Of a stretch of DNA of 11,935 bases, positions 8,501 to 11,935 are shown one piece after another. The number at the start of each line of letters is the position of its first letter. Position 1 is the stretch's first letter. The position numbers and the translations under genes are program-made. The stretch comes from Naegleria gruberi (taxonomy: Eukaryota). The stretch lies in the NCBI GenBank assembly GCA_000004985.1, contig GG739009.1; one strand, 5' to 3'. Under the pieces are notes generated by a model that did not search any database, was not told the origin of the DNA, and was given only the letters and a program-made list of their open reading frames with translations.

Positions 8501-9834
8501 NNNNNNNNNNNNNNNNNNNNNNNNNNNNNNNNNNNNNNNNNNNNNNNNNNNNNNNNNNNNNNNNNNNNNNNNNNNNNNNNNNNNNNNNNNNNNNNNNNNN
8601 NNNNNNNNNNNNNNNNNNNNNNNNNNNNNNNNNNNNNNNNNNNNNNNNNNNNNNNNNNNNNNNNNNNNNNNNNNNNNNNNNNNNNNNNNNNNNNNNNNNN
8701 NNNNNNNNNNNNNNNNNNNNNNNNNNNNNNNNNNNNNNNNNNNNNNNNNNNNNNNNNNNNNNNNNNNNNNNNNNNNNNNNNNNNNNNNNNNNNNNNNNNN
8801 NNNNNNNNNNNNNNNNNNNNNNNNNNNNNNNNNNNNNNNNNNNNNNNNNNNNNNNNNNNNNNNNNNNNNNNNNNNNNNNNNNNNNNNNNNNNNNNNNNNN
8901 NNNNNNNNNNNNNNNNNNNNNNNNNNNNNNNNNNNNNNNNNNNNNNNNNNNNNNNNNNNNNNNNNNNNNNNNNNNNNNNNNNNNNNNNNNNNNNNNNNNN
9001 NNNNNNNNNNNNNNNNNNNNNNNNNNNNNNNNNNNNNNNNNNNNNNNNNNNNNNNNNNNNNNNNNNNNNNNNNNNNNNNNNNNNNNNNNNNNNNNNNNNN
9101 NNNNNNNNNNNNNNNNNNNNNNNNNNNNNNNNNNNNNNNNNNNNNNNNNNNNNNNNNNNNNNNNNNNNNNNNNNNNNNNNNNNNNNNNNNNNNNNNNNNN
9201 NNNNNNNNNNNNNNNNNNNNNNNNNNNNNNNNNNNNNNNNNNNNNNNNNNNNNNNNNNNNNNNNNNNNNNNNNNNNNNNNNNNNNNNNNNNNNNNNNNNN
9301 NNNNNNNNNNNNNNNNNNNNNNNNNNNNNNNNNNNNNNNNNNNNNNNNNNNNNNNNNNNNNNNNNNNNNNNNNNNNNNNNNNNNNNNNNNNNNNNNNNNN
9401 NNNNNNNNNNNNNNNNNNNNNNNNNNNNNNNNNNNNNNNNNNNNNNNNNNNNNNNNNNNNNNNNNNNNNNNNNNNNNNNNNNNNNNNNNNNNNNNNNNNN
9501 NNNNNNNNNNNNNNNNNNNNNNNNNNNNNNNNNNNNNNNNNNNNNNNNNNNNNNNNNNNNNNNNNNNNNNNNNNNNNNNNNNNNNNNNNNNNNNNNNNNN
9601 NNNNNNNNNNNNNNNNNNNNNNNNNNNNNNNNNNNNNNNNNNNNNNNNNNNNNNNNNNNNNNNNNNNNNNNNNNNNNNNNNNNNNNNNNNNNNNNNNNNN
9701 NNNNNNNNNNNNNNNNNNNNNNNNNNNNNNNNNNNNNNNNNNNNNNNNNNNNNNNNNNNNNNNNNNNNNNNNNNNNNNNNNNNNNNNNNNNNNNNNNNNN
9801 NNNNNNNNNNNNNNNNNNNNNNNNNNNNNNNNNN
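5506..9834. other. Assembly gap of 4329 N.
   Basis: Run of n characters. The >1400-aa ORFs of X-runs that cross it are artefacts. Its content is unknown. Confidence 1.
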
Positions 9835-9990
9835 CTCAAATCGGACGGGATGAGGTGCATTCATCGTGATATGGCCGTAGCCATTAATCATCTTAAATTG
9901 TGAAACTTGAATCGGTTCAACCCTTGTTTCCCTCTGAAATTTCTGAACTGCATTGAAAAATAAATGTAAAATTGAGTACGTATAAGTTAC
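9835..9990. repeat. Degenerate direct repeat, copy A. It abuts gap 2, downstream of the ubiquitin gene.
   Basis: 9851-9894 'tcatcgtgatatggccgtagccattaatcatcttaaattgtgaa' matches 10909-10950 'gaatcgatataccgtagccatttattgccttaatacaatgaa' at about 80% identity. The flanks 'ctcaaatcgg...' and '...attgaaaaataaatg...ataagtta' also match copy B, apart from a roughly 45-nt insertion in A. Confidence 0.5.
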
Positions 9991-10107
9991 AATCGACTTG
10001 TTTTTGTTTATTATCAATTGATTTATAAATTATACTCATACAAGAATACGCTATTCAATGAATAATTTATTGACAATAATTGAAAGAATCTATGATATTT
10101 TGCAAAC

Positions 10108-10566
10108 TTAACCACCTCTCAATCTCAATACTAAATGCACAGTTGAATCCTTTTGAAGATTGTAATCACCAATAGTTCTTCCATCTTCCAATTGCTTACC
10201 GGCATAAATCAATCGTTGTTGATCTGAAGGAATACCTTCCTTATCAAATATCTTTTGTTTCATATTCTCAACAGTATCATTCGATTCCATTTCAATAGTG
10301 ATTGTCTTTCCAGTTAAAGTTTTTACAAAAAGTTGCATTCCTCCTCTTAATCTCAACACCAAATGAAGAGTTGAATCTTTTTGAATGTTGTAATCATTAA
10401 TAGTTCTGCCATCTTCCAATTGTTTCCCAGCAAAGATGAGTCTTTGTTGATCTGGTGAAATTCCTTCCTTATCTTGTACTTTTCTTTTCACGTTTTCAAT
10501 TGAATCATTAGATTCAACCTCCAAAGTGATAGTTCTTCCAGTGAGTGTCTTGACAAATAATTGCAT
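10108..10566 (-). CDS. Diverged di-ubiquitin (polyubiquitin-like): two 76-aa ubiquitin repeats, each ending LRLRGG, with no extra residue after the final GG before the TAA stop.
   Basis: 152 aa = 2 x 76. Repeat 1 is 65/76 identical to canonical eukaryotic ubiquitin (I3L K11R S20N T22S D24E S28R I30V P38S L56I S57N E64D). Repeat 2 is about 60/76 identical. K6, K27, K29, K33, K48 and K63 are kept, and so are L8, I44, V70 and the GG terminus. The two repeats differ from each other at about 14 positions. Confidence 0.9.
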   Translation of the reverse strand: MQLFVKTLTGRTITLEVESNDSIENVKRKVQDKEGISPDQQRLIFAGKQLEDGRTINDYNIQKDSTLHLVLRLRGGMQLFVKTLTGKTITIEMESNDTVENMKQKIFDKEGIPSDQQRLIYAGKQLEDGRTIGDYNLQKDSTVHLVLRLRGG

Positions 10567-10622
10567 TGTGTTTGTTGTCTTGTTTTTCTTATTGTTTTTC
10601 TTGAATTCAAAACAGTTCCTTG

Positions 10623-10631
10623 CTTTTTATA
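10623..10631 (-). promoter_or_regulatory. Candidate TATA box (TATAAAAAG on the minus strand), about 57-65 bp upstream of the ubiquitin ATG.
   Basis: Plus strand reads ctttttata. The position and orientation fit a core promoter for the minus-strand gene that starts at 10566. Confidence 0.3.
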
Positions 10632-10689
10632 TTGTTTTGAGATGTATATATTTTTAGAAAGTAGTTCTTCTGCAAAGAAATTCTTTCAA

Positions 10690-10724
10690 TGAACCGATTT
10701 TTGTTTCTGGACACAAATTTGGTT
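10690..10724. promoter_or_regulatory. Imperfect 35-bp palindrome in the ubiquitin upstream region.
   Basis: GAACCGATTT-ttgtttctggacac-AAATTTGGTTC. The GAACCGATT half-site recurs in inverted orientation (aatcggttc) at 9900-9908 inside repeat copy A. Confidence 0.25.
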
Positions 10725-10884
10725 CATGTTTAGTAAGTATTGCTTAAGCTGTACATGCAATAATGAATTTTAACTTGTTGTTCGTGAATTGAATGCAATT
10801 TGACTCTTAATGGTTTTGAATTTAAAAGGTGATTATTGGAAAAATTTAATACTTGTAAAATGGTTTGGGTACAGCTATTCATCA

Positions 10885-10988
10885 CTCAAAATCAATGTTT
10901 AACTCTATGAATCGATATACCGTAGCCATTTATTGCCTTAATACAATGAATAATAAATAAATTGAAAAAATGAAGGAATAAGTTAAAG
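10885..10988. repeat. Degenerate direct repeat, copy B, upstream of the ubiquitin gene.
   Basis: See copy A. The two copies are about 1.06 kb apart and bracket the di-ubiquitin gene. Confidence 0.5.
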
Positions 10989-11035
10989 AGTTCAAGTAAA
11001 TAAGATTTTGTTGTTTGTCTTTCAATTGTTAATTT

Positions 11036-11125
11036 AGACGGGAAGCCTGCCAGGAATATGGCGACTATCCCGCTACAGTCTTTGACTGTATGAACAGTGA
11101 AGGCAAGAGTTCTGGACGAATCTTG
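11036..11125. other. GC-rich island of about 55% GC inside AT-rich intergenic DNA. Nature unknown: candidate small ncRNA or an exon of an unseen gene.
   Basis: 'gacgggaagcctgccaggaatatggcgactatcccgctacagtc...' contains nested CGGG/CCCG and GCC/GGC complementarity. A stop-free frame reads '...EACQEYGDYPATVFDCMNSEGKSSGRILLC...' but uses GC-rich codons atypical of the neighbouring genes. I found no tRNA, 5S or U-snRNA signature. Confidence 0.15.
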
Positions 11126-11318
11126 TTGTGTTCAAATAACAGGTTGTTGAAGAAATTGAAAAGGTTGATCAACCTCAAATTTATTGAACATTAGACATGT
11201 GAATTGCTTGATCCAAATTTTGGTTTCTCATATTCTGATCAATTCTAAATTGAAACTTCATCTATTTCAAAACAAATTATTTTATTTACAATTTACTGAA
11301 TTATTTACAAGTTGTAAT

Positions 11319-11726
11319 TTACATCTTTTTCGATTTGGTAATCTTCTTAGTTGTGGTGTTCGATTGTTGTTTAGCTCTCTTTTCAATTGAATTTTTCGAA
11401 GATCTTTTCACTGAAATTTGTTTACCATTTAAATTTGCATGATGATAATCAATATTATTACGATGTCTAGTTCCACTTATAATATTAGAAGTATCAATAT
11501 CAAATAATGGTAATCTTTTAGATAAATCAATTGGTTTAGATCTTGTCCATTGTGTTTTAGTTGGAATTCTATCTTCGGAAGAATTTGAAGAATTTGATGA
11601 AGCATTTCTAGCTGGAAATAAATAACTGTTGATCGGATGATGAAATTTCCCCAACAAAACAAAATAACAATAAGAAAATGGTCTCAACAAGAAGAAATAT
11701 GTATAATTCCTCCAATAACACTTCAC
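11319..11726 (-). CDS. Small S/N/K-rich basic protein, member 1 of an inverted paralogue pair. Its true 5' end is uncertain because the first ~16 codons overlap the start of the plus-strand paralogue.
   Basis: The C-terminal 100 aa, 'ARNASSNSSNSSED...LPLFDIDTSNIISGTRHRNNIDYHH...VKRSSKNSIEKRAKQ...', align with the plus-strand ORF 'RRNMYNSSNNTSQF...ISLDNIVGGTRKRNLIDYKT...SKSQSHNTLEMRNKQ'. A strong acceptor-like 'ttatttatttccag' precedes 'ARNASS' at about 11625-11612, so the hydrophobic N-terminal extension may be spurious. Confidence 0.4.
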   Translation of the reverse strand: MKCYWRNYTYFFLLRPFSYCYFVLLGKFHHPINSYLFPARNASSNSSNSSEDRIPTKTQWTRSKPIDLSKRLPLFDIDTSNIISGTRHRNNIDYHHANLNGKQISVKRSSKNSIEKRAKQQSNTTTKKITKSKKM

Positions 11727-11893
11727 AATTTATTTCCGAAATTTCTCTGGATAATATTGTGGGTGGAACAAGAAAAAGAAATTTAATTGATTACAAAACA
11801 TTGAATTCTATTGGAAGTGAAACAAGCAAAACTTCCAAATCTCAATCACATAATACTTTAGAAATGAGAAACAAACAATTCAAAAAGTGGTAA
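11678..11893 (+). CDS. Small S/N/K-rich basic protein, member 2 of the inverted paralogue pair.
   Basis: 71-aa ORF with a good start context (aagaaaATGg) and a TAA stop at 11891-11893. It shares the motifs RN..NSSN..S, D.NI.GTR(K/H)RN.IDY and SK.S...E.R.KQ with the minus-strand ORF. The DNA identity across the motif is roughly 70%. Confidence 0.45.
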   Translation: MVSTRRNMYNSSNNTSQFISEISLDNIVGGTRKRNLIDYKTLNSIGSETSKTSKSQSHNTLEMRNKQFKKW

Positions 11894-11935
11894 TCTCCAT
11901 TTACTCAAAATGTTGTAAACCTAGGCAAATCATGT

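Noticed and set aside
10655-10700. Heat-shock-element-like GAAaTTCtTTCaatGAA upstream of the ubiquitin gene
   Set aside because: The spacing is GAA-n-TTC, not the canonical nGAAnnTTCn pentamer arrangement, so it is not a convincing HSE.
11036-11125. tRNA or snRNA in the GC-rich island
   Set aside because: There is no cloverleaf. No GTTCRANYC T-loop or acceptor-stem pairing appears on either strand. No match to my memory of the 5S, U1, U2 or U6 sequences.
1-11935. Ciliate-type genetic code, or a prokaryotic origin with operons, CRISPR or insertion sequences
   Set aside because: TAA, TAG and TGA all terminate well-supported genes (ubiquitin TAA, histidine kinase TAG, 26-817 TGA). Genes carry spliceosomal introns and eukaryote-only families. 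No CRISPR-like short direct repeat arrays or IS-like terminal inverted repeats were seen.

Overview
This window is an AT-rich eukaryotic scaffold segment, probably fungal or protist, with short spliceosomal introns, S/T/N-rich low-complexity coding and A-rich start contexts. Two assembly gaps (1453-2563 and 5506-9834) remove about 46% of it, so annotation is confined to the real sequence between them.

Features that can be supported:
1. A hybrid histidine kinase gene on the minus strand (stop at 944-946, start at 4407). It has a long low-complexity N-terminus, a multi-pass transmembrane sensor-like region, one 73-nt GTATGT...TAG intron (2962-3034) that splits the H-box, a HisKA region running into gap 1, and a C-terminal CheY-like receiver domain.
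2. A second minus-strand gene (26-817) lies only about 126 bp downstream and runs past the window start. Its N-terminal and transmembrane region is paralogous to that of the histidine kinase.
3. A plus-strand leucine-rich-repeat gene (4802-5395) is interrupted by a single in-frame TAA.
4. A diverged two-repeat ubiquitin gene on the minus strand (10108-10566) is flanked by a degenerate direct repeat.
5. A head-to-head pair of small paralogous S/N/K-rich ORFs sits at 11319-11893.

No prokaryotic-style system (CRISPR, operon, mobile element) is present. The most unusual items are the diverged, non-homogenised di-ubiquitin next to the 4.3-kb gap, the tandem paralogous transmembrane-sensor modules, and the inverted small-gene pair.
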